DNA of 46,195 bases from an uncultured Collinsella sp. (lineage in GTDB: Bacteria > Actinomycetota > Coriobacteriia > Coriobacteriales > Coriobacteriaceae). Of the stretch, positions 36,958 through 46,195 are shown in pieces. The notes under the pieces were generated by a model, which had not been told where the DNA came from, ran no database searches, and saw only the letters and a program-made list of their open reading frames with translations. Numbering within the stretch: position 1 is the stretch's first letter; every line of letters starts with the position of its first letter. The stretch lies in assembly GCA_900550825.1 (NCBI GenBank), contig URTZ01000001.1, positions 1-46,195 of the forward strand, read 5' to 3'. A program made the translations under genes and the position numbers.

Positions 36958-39110
36958 TACGACCCACCGCCCAGGGCACCCGCCAGTGTGGTGACATCGA
37001 CGGTAAGTGGGATGGAACCGCCGCCGGGCAGCGGAATCTCCGCAAGCGTGAACGTCGTGCCGCTGATGGTGCGCTCGACTTGATATTCCAGCGCTTCGCA
37101 AAGCGCCTTGGGATCGGTCACGCCCAACGGAATACTTCGCAGCTTGTCTTGCGCTTGAGAGAAACCGGCAATGTCAGACCCCGGACTCTTAATGACGTTG
37201 GCGGAATCGGTCAGCACCGGCTTTCGCAGGCGCAAGTCGCACGGTTCCAAACCCAGCGCCGCCACGGACGCCGAAACGGTATCGCCGAGCCACGATGCAA
37301 TGGAGCCCAACGCGCCGTTGCCCCCTCCTAGGCCCTTAATCATCTCGTCCATAAGTTCGTCGGCCGAACCTTGGATGTCTCCGTATCCCACAAGCAGCCG
37401 CCCCCAAACATCCATGACGCCGTCGAGCACACCGGCAACGCCGCCCGAGCGTTCCTTCAATGTCGAGAAAAATCGCGAAAGCACGTTGTTTTGCGCCGTC
37501 GCCTCATCGGGCGCCAGCACCGCGGCAGAGATGGCACCGCGATCGCCAAGCCTAACTGCCGTGTTAAACGAAGAGTTGAGCTCATCGGGGCTCGAGATGG
37601 CACCCGAAACCGCAAAGGCAACCACGCCGTTGCGACCGGGCGGAGCGATACGCGGACGCTCGCCCGAAAGCGCTTTAATGGCCTGGTCAAACGCATTGCC
37701 CGCACGGTCGGCTTCGTCCTCGGTCTGACGCTCGAGCTCGAGCTCCTTGTTGCGACAGTCGACGTAGTCCTCCAGGGCGTCTTTAAACTTGTCAAAGTGA
37801 TACTCGAAGCCGTTTTCGATAGAGGTTGAAGGCGCCGCAACGGCACCAAGCGACAAAACGCCAAAATGGCATTTGCTGCATTTATCCTGTCCATCGTAAT
37901 CGGCAACCGAAGCAAATCCGCTCGGCGTCCCTTTCTTATAGTTAGGGCAGGTCGTCCCGTAATGCAGATACGCCTTGTCATCGTTCACGCTCGTCGGCCA
38001 CACCGCATCGGTATAGAGTTCCGTCGCCCGAACCTCATCAGAGTTGCGCGGCAGCAGCGGAATATAGGAGGAAACCCTGTCTCCGTTCTCGGTTATATGT
38101 GCCCGATCGACCTCCGCGCTCGCATAGGTATAAAACGCCTTACGCGCCGCAGACTCTGCCTTCATCTCGACACTCGAGCCGTGGGGCTTCTCATTTGTCA
38201 GACGCCAGTGGTAGTAGTCCTTCGCGCGATCAAGGGCAACTTGGGGCTCCCACGTAACGCTCGATGAGTAATGCGGATTTTGAACACCGGAGAGATCCGT
38301 TAGGCTTTTCGCACGCTCCCACATGCAAGAACAGCTGCCGACCGAGCCCTTGTCAGACCCACCACAATCCGCCAGCCAAGCACGCTCTTTAGCCTTCGCC
38401 GTGTCCTCAGAAGCCTTCCGCAGCTCCTCGGCCGCACACTCTAAATCATCTGATGTGTCTTTAATGGTATCGGTCGAGATCTCTGATCCTTTGAGCGCAG
38501 CGAAGTCAGACTCGGATGTCCTGGGCACGGCAAGCGCCGTACCGGTATAGGTCACACTATCGGTATCCTGCGCCGACACCGCCTGCGTGGCACGCGCGGC
38601 GATCAGATACGGCAGAGCCGTCTCGATTTTCTGTAAGCCTTCCGATGCGCTTTTGGCAAACTTGTTGCGCGTTTTAATGATCTCAATCCCGGTGTCGACC
38701 ATATTGCCGGCAACTGATTCGGCACCCGGGATGAGGATGGCGACCAGGCCCGTCCCGATCGTGGCAAACCCCGCCAGGCCCAAACTCAAGATGCTCGCAT
38801 CAACCACCGTGGCAGCCGTGTGATAGGACGACACTACGTTGGCACCCGCCAGCGCGCCGCTATCAGCCGCCACCTGGGTATCCCCGGCACGCGACATGCT
38901 CCATATCGCCGCGGTCGACGAAAACAACAATGTGAGCACCACTAGGATGACCACGGCAGAAGAAAGCGTGGTATAGGCGCCGTCTTCGATAAACAGATCG
39001 ACACCGGCTCGACCCATAAAGCCGCCTCGCTTGCGATGGCAGCTCGGACGGTGCGTCAAAACGCGTCTAGACCAGAAACACTTAATCCCATGCAGCAATC
39101 CACGAATCAT
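36957..39110 (-). CDS. Large TadG-like pilus-associated protein (start 39110 or 39017)
   Basis: EDGAYTT plus hydrophobic helix, QVAADSGALAGA Tad motif, Cys-rich central region. Confidence 0.78.
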   Translation of the reverse strand: MIRGLLHGIKCFWSRRVLTHRPSCHRKRGGFMGRAGVDLFIEDGAYTTLSSAVVILVVLTLLFSSTAAIWSMSRAGDTQVAADSGALAGANVVSSYHTAATVVDASILSLGLAGFATIGTGLVAILIPGAESVAGNMVDTGIEIIKTRNKFAKSASEGLQKIETALPYLIAARATQAVSAQDTDSVTYTGTALAVPRTSESDFAALKGSEISTDTIKDTSDDLECAAEELRKASEDTAKAKERAWLADCGGSDKGSVGSCSCMWERAKSLTDLSGVQNPHYSSSVTWEPQVALDRAKDYYHWRLTNEKPHGSSVEMKAESAARKAFYTYASAEVDRAHITENGDRVSSYIPLLPRNSDEVRATELYTDAVWPTSVNDDKAYLHYGTTCPNYKKGTPSGFASVADYDGQDKCSKCHFGVLSLGAVAAPSTSIENGFEYHFDKFKDALEDYVDCRNKELELERQTEDEADRAGNAFDQAIKALSGERPRIAPPGRNGVVAFAVSGAISSPDELNSSFNTAVRLGDRGAISAAVLAPDEATAQNNVLSRFFSTLKERSGGVAGVLDGVMDVWGRLLVGYGDIQGSADELMDEMIKGLGGGNGALGSIASWLGDTVSASVAALGLEPCDLRLRKPVLTDSANVIKSPGSDIAGFSQAQDKLRSIPLGVTDPKALCEALEYQVERTISGTTFTLAEIPLPGGGSIPLTVDVTTLAGALGGGS

Positions 39111-39618
39111 AATCTCCCTCCAGCCATTCGGGACGCGATTGATACGAGACATCGACCTTGAGCTCAACGTAGCCGCCCTCGGCGGTACCACCCATAGCCT
39201 GCGCAAACGCACCGATCACAGGCAACGGCTTGACCTCGCCGGAAACGGACACGGACGAGACGCCACCCGCACCGGCCCGGCCAAGCTCGATATCCCACGA
39301 CAACGGCCCGCCGGCATGAAAGATCGAAACGTTGGGCACTGCGGCAAGTCGGCGGCGGGTGAACTCCTTAAGATCGTCGTCCTCCGCCGTCGTCGTGGTC
39401 ATGAGCCGCGCGGTCTCGGCGGCGGCAGACTCCATGACCGCGCGCGTATAGAGCAGGCACACCGGTTGCAGCGCGAGAAGGATGAGTGTCAGAAACGTCG
39501 GCAGCAAAAAAGCGGCCTCGACCGTAGACTGCGCCCGGTCCTCGCGCGCGATATCAATACAACGCGATGTCCTTAGCGCCCGCAGCGGCGTCGATAACCG
39601 ACGTCGAGGCAACGCCAT
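39082..39618 (-). CDS. TadE family pseudopilin (start uncertain)
   Basis: DRAQSTVEAAFLLP..., MESAAAETAR TadE motif. Confidence 0.82.
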   Translation of the reverse strand: MALPRRRLSTPLRALRTSRCIDIAREDRAQSTVEAAFLLPTFLTLILLALQPVCLLYTRAVMESAAAETARLMTTTTAEDDDLKEFTRRRLAAVPNVSIFHAGGPLSWDIELGRAGAGGVSSVSVSGEVKPLPVIGAFAQAMGGTAEGGYVELKVDVSYQSRPEWLEGDYDSWIAAWD

Positions 39619-39772
39619 GGGATGCCGCCCGCTCAACCAGCGCCGCCAAGCGTCCATCGGTGCCAGCACGCCAAAGTCCCGCAATCGCCAGCACGATCGA
39701 TAGCAGCGCCACCGTGACGATGGCGTATTCGACCGTCGCCTGGGCAGATTCCTCACGCAGGACATCATGCAT
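39554..39772 (-). CDS. Flp-like minor pilin
   Basis: EESAQATVEYAIV plus hydrophobic helix; 72 aa. Confidence 0.8.
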   Translation of the reverse strand: MHDVLREESAQATVEYAIVTVALLSIVLAIAGLWRAGTDGRLAALVERAASHGVASTSVIDAAAGAKDIALY

Positions 39773-39773
39773 T

Positions 39774-40337
39774 TCACGATCCCTCCTTTGAGTCCGTTGC
39801 CTGCGGGCTCAGGCGCACGGCGCGCAGACGACACGAAGCATCGCCAGCATCCGCGGCAACCGTCACCATATCGACCCAGCCGCGTCCGTCGCGCACGATG
39901 GCGCCCCACACGTTTCCCTTGATGTCGAGATAGCCGCTCAGAGCAAGTTGCGCCGTGGGTACCTCGCGATAGGCACGCAGCATATCCGCCGCCGCTTCGG
40001 TCATCGGTCGGTCCTCGGACCATGCAAGCCGGACCGCAATCGCGTTGCCCTCAGGCGAATCCGTCGCAGTGCCAGACCGCTTGTCGAGCGTCCGCAGAAA
40101 GGTTTGCGCCGTGACAGCGACATCCGAATCGTCCGCATCTCGCATCTCATCTTTTTGAGACGCCACCGCCGAATCTGAGCCCAAATCGGAGGCGGTCCCA
40201 GGACGCTGCTGCCGCGCGGCGTTAAGCCCCCAAAGCACCGCCGCTATCGCCACGGTCAGGCAAGCAAACACCAGCAGCACCCCGATGGGGCGCTCGCCCT
40301 CTACAGGCTGTTGATGCCCTCGCTGATAGCGTTCCAT
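39774..40337 (-). CDS. Membrane-anchored hypothetical protein in the tad operon (start uncertain)
   Basis: N-terminal TM, low-complexity linker, C-terminal domain SGYLDIKGNVWG. Confidence 0.7.
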   Translation of the reverse strand: MERYQRGHQQPVEGERPIGVLLVFACLTVAIAAVLWGLNAARQQRPGTASDLGSDSAVASQKDEMRDADDSDVAVTAQTFLRTLDKRSGTATDSPEGNAIAVRLAWSEDRPMTEAAADMLRAYREVPTAQLALSGYLDIKGNVWGAIVRDGRGWVDMVTVAADAGDASCRLRAVRLSPQATDSKEGS

Positions 40338-40534
40338 AGATCTTGGACCTTGCCCTTAAATGCGACGATGGCGATAATCGCGATCACCACGAGCACGCCG
40401 ACCAAGATGGCATACTCGGTGGTACCCTGTGCACTCTCCTCCTGCAATAGTTCCTTGGCGCGCTGACGAACATGTGCCGCCCGGCAAAACGCCCAGCCCT
40501 GGACCTTGCCAGCAGCGTCAGTCATCGTGTTCAT
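40301..40534 (-). CDS. flp: Flp family type IVb major pilin
   Basis: EESAQGTTEYAILVGVLVVIAIIAIVAF; GGGAGG RBS. Confidence 0.88.
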   Translation of the reverse strand: MNTMTDAAGKVQGWAFCRAAHVRQRAKELLQEESAQGTTEYAILVGVLVVIAIIAIVAFKGKVQDLWNAISEGINSL

Positions 40535-40544
40535 GTATTCCTCC

Positions 40545-41186
40545 CTACATCATCCCGCCTGCTCCCAGCAGCGGGCCCAATATGGACAGAAGCAACGCCG
40601 GCAAGATGAGCGTGCCGGTGGGAATCAGCAGCTTGACGGGCGCACGCTCGATCTCGCGCTCGACCGCGGCGCGATGAGCCGCACGGATCTCGCGACTTTG
40701 AGCGGCCAGCGTCTCGGCAAGTGGGGCACCCAGGGCGAGCGCCTGCCCCACCGTGATGGCAAAGGTCTCGAGCGCTCGCACGTCCAGGTCGCGCGCGGCG
40801 GCCAACAACTCGTCCTCACGCGTGCCCACGCCCACCTGCCACGCCATGCAGGCGCGCTCAAGGCGAAGAGCCAGCACTGACCGGCGGTTGGCGCAGAAAA
40901 TCTCAAGCGCCGCATCAAACGAAAGACCGGCCGAAAGACCCAAGCGCACAACATCAATCATCTCGGACACTTCGCCGAGCGACACTCGCGCCGGGCCGCC
41001 CGCTCCAACCGCGCCCTTCACTCGCGCGGTCAGAGCATCGACCACCGAGCGACCCGCGGCAGCGACCAGCACCGCCTCGCGCTTGCAGGCCTCTGCGATC
41101 TTGCGTGCATCCGCCCGATCCAAACCCGTCGCGACAAATACACTCAGGGCGCACAGGCAAGCCGCAACTGCAACCGGGACGCTCAT
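40545..41186 (-). CDS. tadC: TadC-like type II secretion F-domain protein
   Basis: LSAGLSFDAAL, GAPLAETL, RAPVKLLIPTGTLILPA. Confidence 0.88.
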   Translation of the reverse strand: MSVPVAVAACLCALSVFVATGLDRADARKIAEACKREAVLVAAAGRSVVDALTARVKGAVGAGGPARVSLGEVSEMIDVVRLGLSAGLSFDAALEIFCANRRSVLALRLERACMAWQVGVGTREDELLAAARDLDVRALETFAITVGQALALGAPLAETLAAQSREIRAAHRAAVEREIERAPVKLLIPTGTLILPALLLSILGPLLGAGGMM

Positions 41187-42109
41187 AGCTCCACCCGCAT
41201 AATGCGTCGGATAACCACCAGGGCAACGGCGTTGAGGGCAAGACCCAGCACCACAGCGCCCGCGCCGGCAGGCGTCGCAAGACCGCGACGAAAATCTGCC
41301 GAAAGCAGCGCCAACACCGCGCACATGCCCGTCGGCATCGCCGCGACCATATGCGCAGACATGCGGGCCTGCGACGTCTTAACATCTAGGCGGCGCTTGA
41401 GCTCAATGCGCTCCCCCACCATGCTCGACGCCTCGGACAGTAAGTCGGCAAGCGGAGCACCGGTGCGCTGAGACACCTTAAGCGCCAAGGTCACAAGCGA
41501 AAGGCCGGGAGCGTCGATGCGCACGAGCAAGTCATCGAGCGCGTCGGTCGCCGAGATACCGCAATCGATCGCCGCCGCCACCCGCAAAAACTCGGTATGC
41601 ACCGGTTCTTGCGCATGAGCGCCCACAAAGCGCATGCCCTGGGCCAGCGAATGTCCCGAGGCAAGCGACATGGAAAGTGCGGTAAACGCCTCGGGCATTG
41701 CCTCTTCTGCATCGTGTTGCTCGCGCCGGCTCTCAAAGCCATCCCGAGCGGCGCCAACGGCAATCGGAGCAACAAGTCCCAAGGCAAATCCGAGGGGCGA
41801 TAACGACACCATCGTTAGTAAAACGCAGCAGACACCGCTCGATAGCAGTAGAAACGCCAAACGCCCCGAAGCATCTTCGATCACGAGGCCAAGGCGATGC
41901 GCCGGAGCCAGCGATGTCCACGAACGGGCGATCTTTTTCAGCAGATCGTTTTCCACCAGCTCACGCGGCAGCTTCTCTGCCACCGTCTCGAGCGCCTGAC
42001 GCGCCAGCTCCGCCGGCGGCACCTGCGGCACACGAGGTTCCGCCCCGCACGCCGTCGCAACAGAAAACCCTGCCAAACCCCCTACGACGAGGGGCACAGC
42101 GACCTCCAT
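41183..42109 (-). CDS. tadB: TadB-like type II secretion F-domain protein
   Basis: MPEAF..LSMSLASGHSL, QRTGAPLADLL, TSQARMSA. Confidence 0.88.
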   Translation of the reverse strand: MEVAVPLVVGGLAGFSVATACGAEPRVPQVPPAELARQALETVAEKLPRELVENDLLKKIARSWTSLAPAHRLGLVIEDASGRLAFLLLSSGVCCVLLTMVSLSPLGFALGLVAPIAVGAARDGFESRREQHDAEEAMPEAFTALSMSLASGHSLAQGMRFVGAHAQEPVHTEFLRVAAAIDCGISATDALDDLLVRIDAPGLSLVTLALKVSQRTGAPLADLLSEASSMVGERIELKRRLDVKTSQARMSAHMVAAMPTGMCAVLALLSADFRRGLATPAGAGAVVLGLALNAVALVVIRRIMRVEL

Positions 42110-43410
42110 TCGTCCACCTCCTCTTGTGTGAGCGTCCCCGACCGCAGGCCTTCTGCGATAAACGGCGGCTCGCGGTCAAGCGTCCAGGTGCGCTCGGCGG
42201 CATCGAAAGTCACATAGCGCTCGAGCTCTACGCCGCCCGACGCGGCGCGACGCACCCCCGAATACGAGGAGACGAAACGCCTGCCATCGGCGTGGCGCTC
42301 GGACATCACGATACCGTCGAGCGCCATGGCAATCTGCTCCTCGATGAGCTCACTCGGCAGGTCGATGCCATAACGTGCAAGCAATGTCAGACGCACCACG
42401 GTCTCCTGTTCTGAACCCGCATGAAGTGTGGTGAGCGACCCGTCGTGGCCCGTGTTCATGGCCTGCAACATGTCGCAGCACTCGGCACCGCGCACCTCGC
42501 CCACCACGATGCGGTCGGGGCGCATGCGCAGGGCATTAGTTACTAGGTCGCGAATCGTCACCGCACCCTCACCCTCAATTGAAGCCTCGCGCGCCTCTAG
42601 GCGCACCACGTGCGGATGATGCGCAAACTTGAGCTCGGCAGAGTCCTCGATCGTCACGATGCGCTCGCCGGTGGAAATCTCGCATGACAACGCGTTGAGC
42701 AGGGTGGTCTTACCAGATCCCGTGCCTCCCGCAACCGCCAGGTCCTGTCGCAGCGACACCGCGCACGACAGCAGCTGCGCATACCAAAGCGGCAGCGACC
42801 CCAGCCCCACAAGCTCGTCCAGCGAGCAGATACGGTCCGAGAACTTTCGGATGGTGAGAATCGGTCCGTCAATCGCCACAGGCGGAATCACCGCGTTGAC
42901 GCGATAGCCCGTTTTGAGGCGGGCGTTGACGATGGGGCTGCGTTCGTCGATACGGCGGCCAAGTGGCGAGATGATGCGGTCGATAAGCACACGGATCTGC
43001 TCATCATCCTCAAACGCATGCTCGATGGGGTACAAGACGCCGCCGCATTCAAAGAAAGCCGAGCGGCAGCCGTTGATCATGATCTCGGTAACGGTGTCGT
43101 CCTCGATGAGCGGCTGCAACGGCCCCAAGCCCACCACGTCATCCAAAATCTCGTCGATGATGGTCTCGCGCTCGGGCGTCGCGAGATCGGTCGGTTCCTC
43201 AACATTGAGCGCCGCCTCCACCGCGGGACGCAATTCCGAGCGGGCAAGTGCCGGGTCGATATAGGCGCTGATACGCGCCACTTCGTCGTAACCCATGCGG
43301 TCCATCACGGCGCGCTTGGTGCGTCGTTTCACCGCGCGGCGACGCCCCGCATCTACAGGCGCTGCCGCCGCTGCAGCGCCGGCAGCCTTAATCCTCGTTT
43401 GCAGGCTCAT
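42082..43410 (-). CDS. cpaF: Tad pilus assembly ATPase CpaF/TadA
   Basis: [54 protein letters not shown]. Confidence 0.96.
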   Translation of the reverse strand: MSLQTRIKAAGAAAAAAPVDAGRRRAVKRRTKRAVMDRMGYDEVARISAYIDPALARSELRPAVEAALNVEEPTDLATPERETIIDEILDDVVGLGPLQPLIEDDTVTEIMINGCRSAFFECGGVLYPIEHAFEDDEQIRVLIDRIISPLGRRIDERSPIVNARLKTGYRVNAVIPPVAIDGPILTIRKFSDRICSLDELVGLGSLPLWYAQLLSCAVSLRQDLAVAGGTGSGKTTLLNALSCEISTGERIVTIEDSAELKFAHHPHVVRLEAREASIEGEGAVTIRDLVTNALRMRPDRIVVGEVRGAECCDMLQAMNTGHDGSLTTLHAGSEQETVVRLTLLARYGIDLPSELIEEQIAMALDGIVMSERHADGRRFVSSYSGVRRAASGGVELERYVTFDAAERTWTLDREPPFIAEGLRSGTLTQEEVDEWRSLCPSS

Positions 43411-45059
43411 CGCTGATCACCCTCGCGCAACCAGGGAAGGCGGATACGCGGGCGTTCGGTACGCGTTGCACGGTCGGCGACCATATCGCTCCAAGGGCCG
43501 ACGGCGCACCCCAGTTCCACGAGCATCTCGCGCGTAGCCTCGCGCACGCTGGTCGCAAAAGCGCTGGTCTGCCCCACTGCCTCGTCAGCGCGTCCAAACG
43601 CCATGAGCGCGGCGAGATCCTGCCCGCCATCGGCGATATGAATCTTGGAGCTCAACGCACAGGCAATCTCAAAGCGCATGGCGACGTCCTCGTCTGCCCC
43701 GCGCGCACCGAACCGGTTGAACACGGCGCTCATGCGCGTGCGCGGCACACCCACTCGACTTGCCAGTTCAATGACGCGCGACGCCGATGTCGCGGACGAC
43801 ACCGCCGCATCGCCAACGACCAGGCAACGGTCGCTCGCCGCCACCGCAGCCGCCACGGCATCACCCCAAAAGACCGAGGTGTCGACAAAGACCACGTCGG
43901 ATTCGCGACGCAGAACATCAAGCAGTAGCTCCACCGGACGTGCCATGAGCTCGGCTTGCTCGGGCGCCGCGACGGGACCCCAGAGCGTAACGCCCGGCGC
44001 CACGCGCATCGATGTGGCTACGATATCCGGCTCGGTGAGCGTGCCCGCCGCCGACGGCTCGATAAGTGCCGCCATATCGCGCGGAGCATCGACGCCTAAC
44101 AAGTCGTAAAGGTTTCCAAACATCAGGTCCAGGTCGAGCACGGCGGCACGCAAGCCCAACAGCGACGATGTGTGTGCCATGGTGGCAACGATCGTCGACT
44201 TGCCGCAACCGCCCGAACCCGAAATGGCGCAGATGACCGGAGCTCGGTGCGGCGAAGCGGCAGCGTCTGCCGGCGGCATCGGAGGCGGCGGGGCGGGCGT
44301 CGGTGGCAGCGCCCCCGTCTCCCCCGCCGCAACCACACGCTGCGTCCAAGCCGGCATGGCAGCTTGTTCGGTCTGCGAGGCAGGCTCGTTCTGCGCAATC
44401 TGCTCATGCTGCATCAGCGACAACTCGCCGCACCCGGCAAAGCCCTCAACTTCGTCGAGTTCATCCGCCAGATTCACGCCGTGCACGTATCCCAAATCTA
44501 CAGCCGGGGAGTCGCCAGCATGCTGCGCCGGCCCTCCAGCGTCATCGTATACAAGGGGGTTCCGGGGGCGCCGACCATGCTCGGCTTCCGCTTTTCCATA
44601 ATCATCAACACGCGGGCCTCTTGTAGCGCGAGGCGCCCCGGGTTCCCTATCAACAAAAGCATCGGGCTCAATCGTCATGCGCCGATCGGAATCAACCGCT
44701 CCCTCGCCCGCGCGCCCGTTGCCGCATATACTGTGCGCAGCGATGACCTCGGTCGCCCCTGCGCGAAACAGCCCCTCGATATCCGACGGATCGAGTGCTT
44801 CTATCAACACGACCACGCGACTCACGCGGCCTTCGGCCGTCAGGCGCGCAACAGTCTTGCGCACATCTTCGGTATCAAACAGAGACGCCGCGATGATGGC
44901 GGCCCCGCGGCGCGACGGAAACGCCCGCGCCATGGAAACCAGCCCGTCCAGGTCACCCACGCGAAGCACCTGTGCACCCGCATCACGGCCCTCGACTTCC
45001 CGCTGCAACAGCCCGTAATCGCCGCACGCGCAGCACGCAAGCCAGATCGCCTTCATCAC
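43407..45059 (-). CDS. TadZ/CpaE-like MinD/ParA-family ATPase with degenerate receiver domain
   Basis: Receiver-like N-terminus (LFRAGATEVI), long linker, SGSGGCGKST, LDLDLMFG, VFVDT. Confidence 0.85.
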   Translation of the reverse strand: MMKAIWLACCACGDYGLLQREVEGRDAGAQVLRVGDLDGLVSMARAFPSRRGAAIIAASLFDTEDVRKTVARLTAEGRVSRVVVLIEALDPSDIEGLFRAGATEVIAAHSICGNGRAGEGAVDSDRRMTIEPDAFVDREPGAPRATRGPRVDDYGKAEAEHGRRPRNPLVYDDAGGPAQHAGDSPAVDLGYVHGVNLADELDEVEGFAGCGELSLMQHEQIAQNEPASQTEQAAMPAWTQRVVAAGETGALPPTPAPPPPMPPADAAASPHRAPVICAISGSGGCGKSTIVATMAHTSSLLGLRAAVLDLDLMFGNLYDLLGVDAPRDMAALIEPSAAGTLTEPDIVATSMRVAPGVTLWGPVAAPEQAELMARPVELLLDVLRRESDVVFVDTSVFWGDAVAAAVAASDRCLVVGDAAVSSATSASRVIELASRVGVPRTRMSAVFNRFGARGADEDVAMRFEIACALSSKIHIADGGQDLAALMAFGRADEAVGQTSAFATSVREATREMLVELGCAVGPWSDMVADRATRTERPRIRLPWLREGDQR

Positions 45060-45715
45060 TCGTCGCCTCCGCTCTTTTTGCCGCGCGCCGTGGCGGGAAT
45101 CGTCAAGCTGACCGTTCCCTTGCCCGAGGCTCCCAGCAGTTCCTTGACGTCTTCGGGGTCAGCCGCCAGCGTCACCCATTCGATCTTGCCCTCGCGCGTG
45201 GCACCGGAATCCTCACTGGTATCGATCACGTGCGCGCCGCACAGTCGATCGGTTACGCCATCTTTTTGCACGTACACGTCCACATAGCTGCCCACGCCCG
45301 TGGCACCGCCGACCGAGTGCTCGGCATCGACCGCCACCGAAACGGCGACCTTGCCCTTAGGCACCTCGAGCTTGTGGCTCTCGGCCTTGGTGTAGACATT
45401 GCAGATCACGGCGTTTTTGGGAATACGCGAAGTCGTCACGTCGCCGCGCACCTGGCGCAGCTCGGTCGCCGCGTCACGCGGCAGCAAACTCGTCAGCCAT
45501 TCCTGGGTTATGACATTGGTCTCATCGAGGGTCTCGCCCACATCGATATCGCGCGCCGCGACGCATACCTCGACGCGATCGCCACCATACTTGGCCAAGG
45601 TCTCAGCCTGGACCTGTTCGGCTTGCGAGCGGATCGACGAGCCGTAAACCATGCAGAGCAGAGCAGCGAGCACGCCCGCGACCAGACTGATGGCGATGCG
45701 CTTGCTCTTGTTCAC
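45056..45715 (-). CDS. cpaB: Flp pilus assembly protein CpaB/RcpC (SAF domain)
   Basis: N-terminal TM, VCVAARDIDVGE SAF motif, VPKGKVAVSV, VGSYVDVY; GTG at 45715 has an RBS. Confidence 0.88.
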   Translation of the reverse strand: MNKSKRIAISLVAGVLAALLCMVYGSSIRSQAEQVQAETLAKYGGDRVEVCVAARDIDVGETLDETNVITQEWLTSLLPRDAATELRQVRGDVTTSRIPKNAVICNVYTKAESHKLEVPKGKVAVSVAVDAEHSVGGATGVGSYVDVYVQKDGVTDRLCGAHVIDTSEDSGATREGKIEWVTLAADPEDVKELLGASGKGTVSLTIPATARGKKSGGDE

Positions 45716-45915
45716 GGCCGCTCCTCTCATGGCAGTGCCGGGCGAATGCCCGTACCACCATTGTCTGGGCGGTCAGAGTGCAAAGCGGCGCAATCGCGAT
45801 CTTGGTTTTCGATGTCAAACCAATCGCTAACCAAAAGCTGACCAGCCCGTCAAGCTCGTGGCAAGGTTTTGGTCAGCACGTCAGCAAACTGCATATTTCG
45901 AGGCTATTCCGCAGC

Positions 45916-45950
45916 AAAAAAGCCGTCTCCCGAACAGTTGGGAGACAGCT
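45916..45950 (-). terminator. Intrinsic terminator after rsgA
   Basis: Minus strand AGCTGTCTCCCAA...GGGAGACGGCTTTTTT. Confidence 0.7.
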
Positions 45951-45967
45951 GTCATAGGAAAAATCAA

Positions 45968-46195
45968 TTACAGATGGACATCGGGATCGAGCATTTGAGC
46001 GCTCACGCGCATGGATGACGCCAGGTTTTGGAACGTTTCCAGACGCAGGCTGTCAATCTGCCCGGCGTCCTCGGCCTCGCGAACGGCGCAACCCGGCTCA
46101 TGGGTATGTGTGCAATCGCCAAACCGGCACGCGCGCGATGCCTCAACAATCTCGGGGAAGGCGCGCGCCAGACCCCGCTCGTGACCCACGAGCGG
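45968..46195 (-). CDS. rsgA: Ribosome small subunit-dependent GTPase A, C-terminal part (cut by window edge)
   Basis: FPEI...CRFGDCTHTHEPGCAV zinc-finger motif. Confidence 0.88.
   Translation of the reverse strand, partial: PLVGHERGLARAFPEIVEASRACRFGDCTHTHEPGCAVREAEDAGQIDSLRLETFQNLASSMRVSAQMLDPDVHL

Noticed and set aside
45931..45944. Second LexA box near the tad promoter (CGAACAGTTGGGAG)
   Set aside because: The right half-site is not GTTC, and the sequence lies within the rsgA terminator hairpin.

Overview
High-GC, mostly minus-strand chromosomal region. Gene content and protein style suggest a gut Coriobacteriia bacterium, probably Collinsella (inference). From left to right: a decayed MFS gene, an M20 amidohydrolase, an EamA transporter, two tandem YhgE/Pip proteins, htpG, a GNAT, a stand-alone Wzd/Wze/Wzb tyrosine kinase-phosphatase trio, pstB-phoB-phoR, a VanR/VanS-like two-component system divergent from a D,D-carboxypeptidase, tRNA-Ser with downstream tRNA-linked repeats, a STAND-like ATPase, a large TPR protein, tRNA-Arg, serS, proC, rlmH, an SPFH protein, tRNA-Leu, tatD-rsmA, metG, rsmI, a GH5-family protein, tRNA-Phe, a toxin-antitoxin remnant, a Gram-positive Tad/Flp pilus operon and the 3' end of rsgA. 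No CRISPR array, integrase or transposase was seen. The most interesting signals are: a structured CCA-ended RNA-like unit in the tRNA-Ser repeats; a phased 6-copy repeat array in front of the ATPase; a LexA box before an unknown gene; a GH5 lacking its acid/base Glu; pilins that all carry Ala at -1; a Cys/His Zn-like motif in the large Tad protein; and REP/REPIN-like palindromes.
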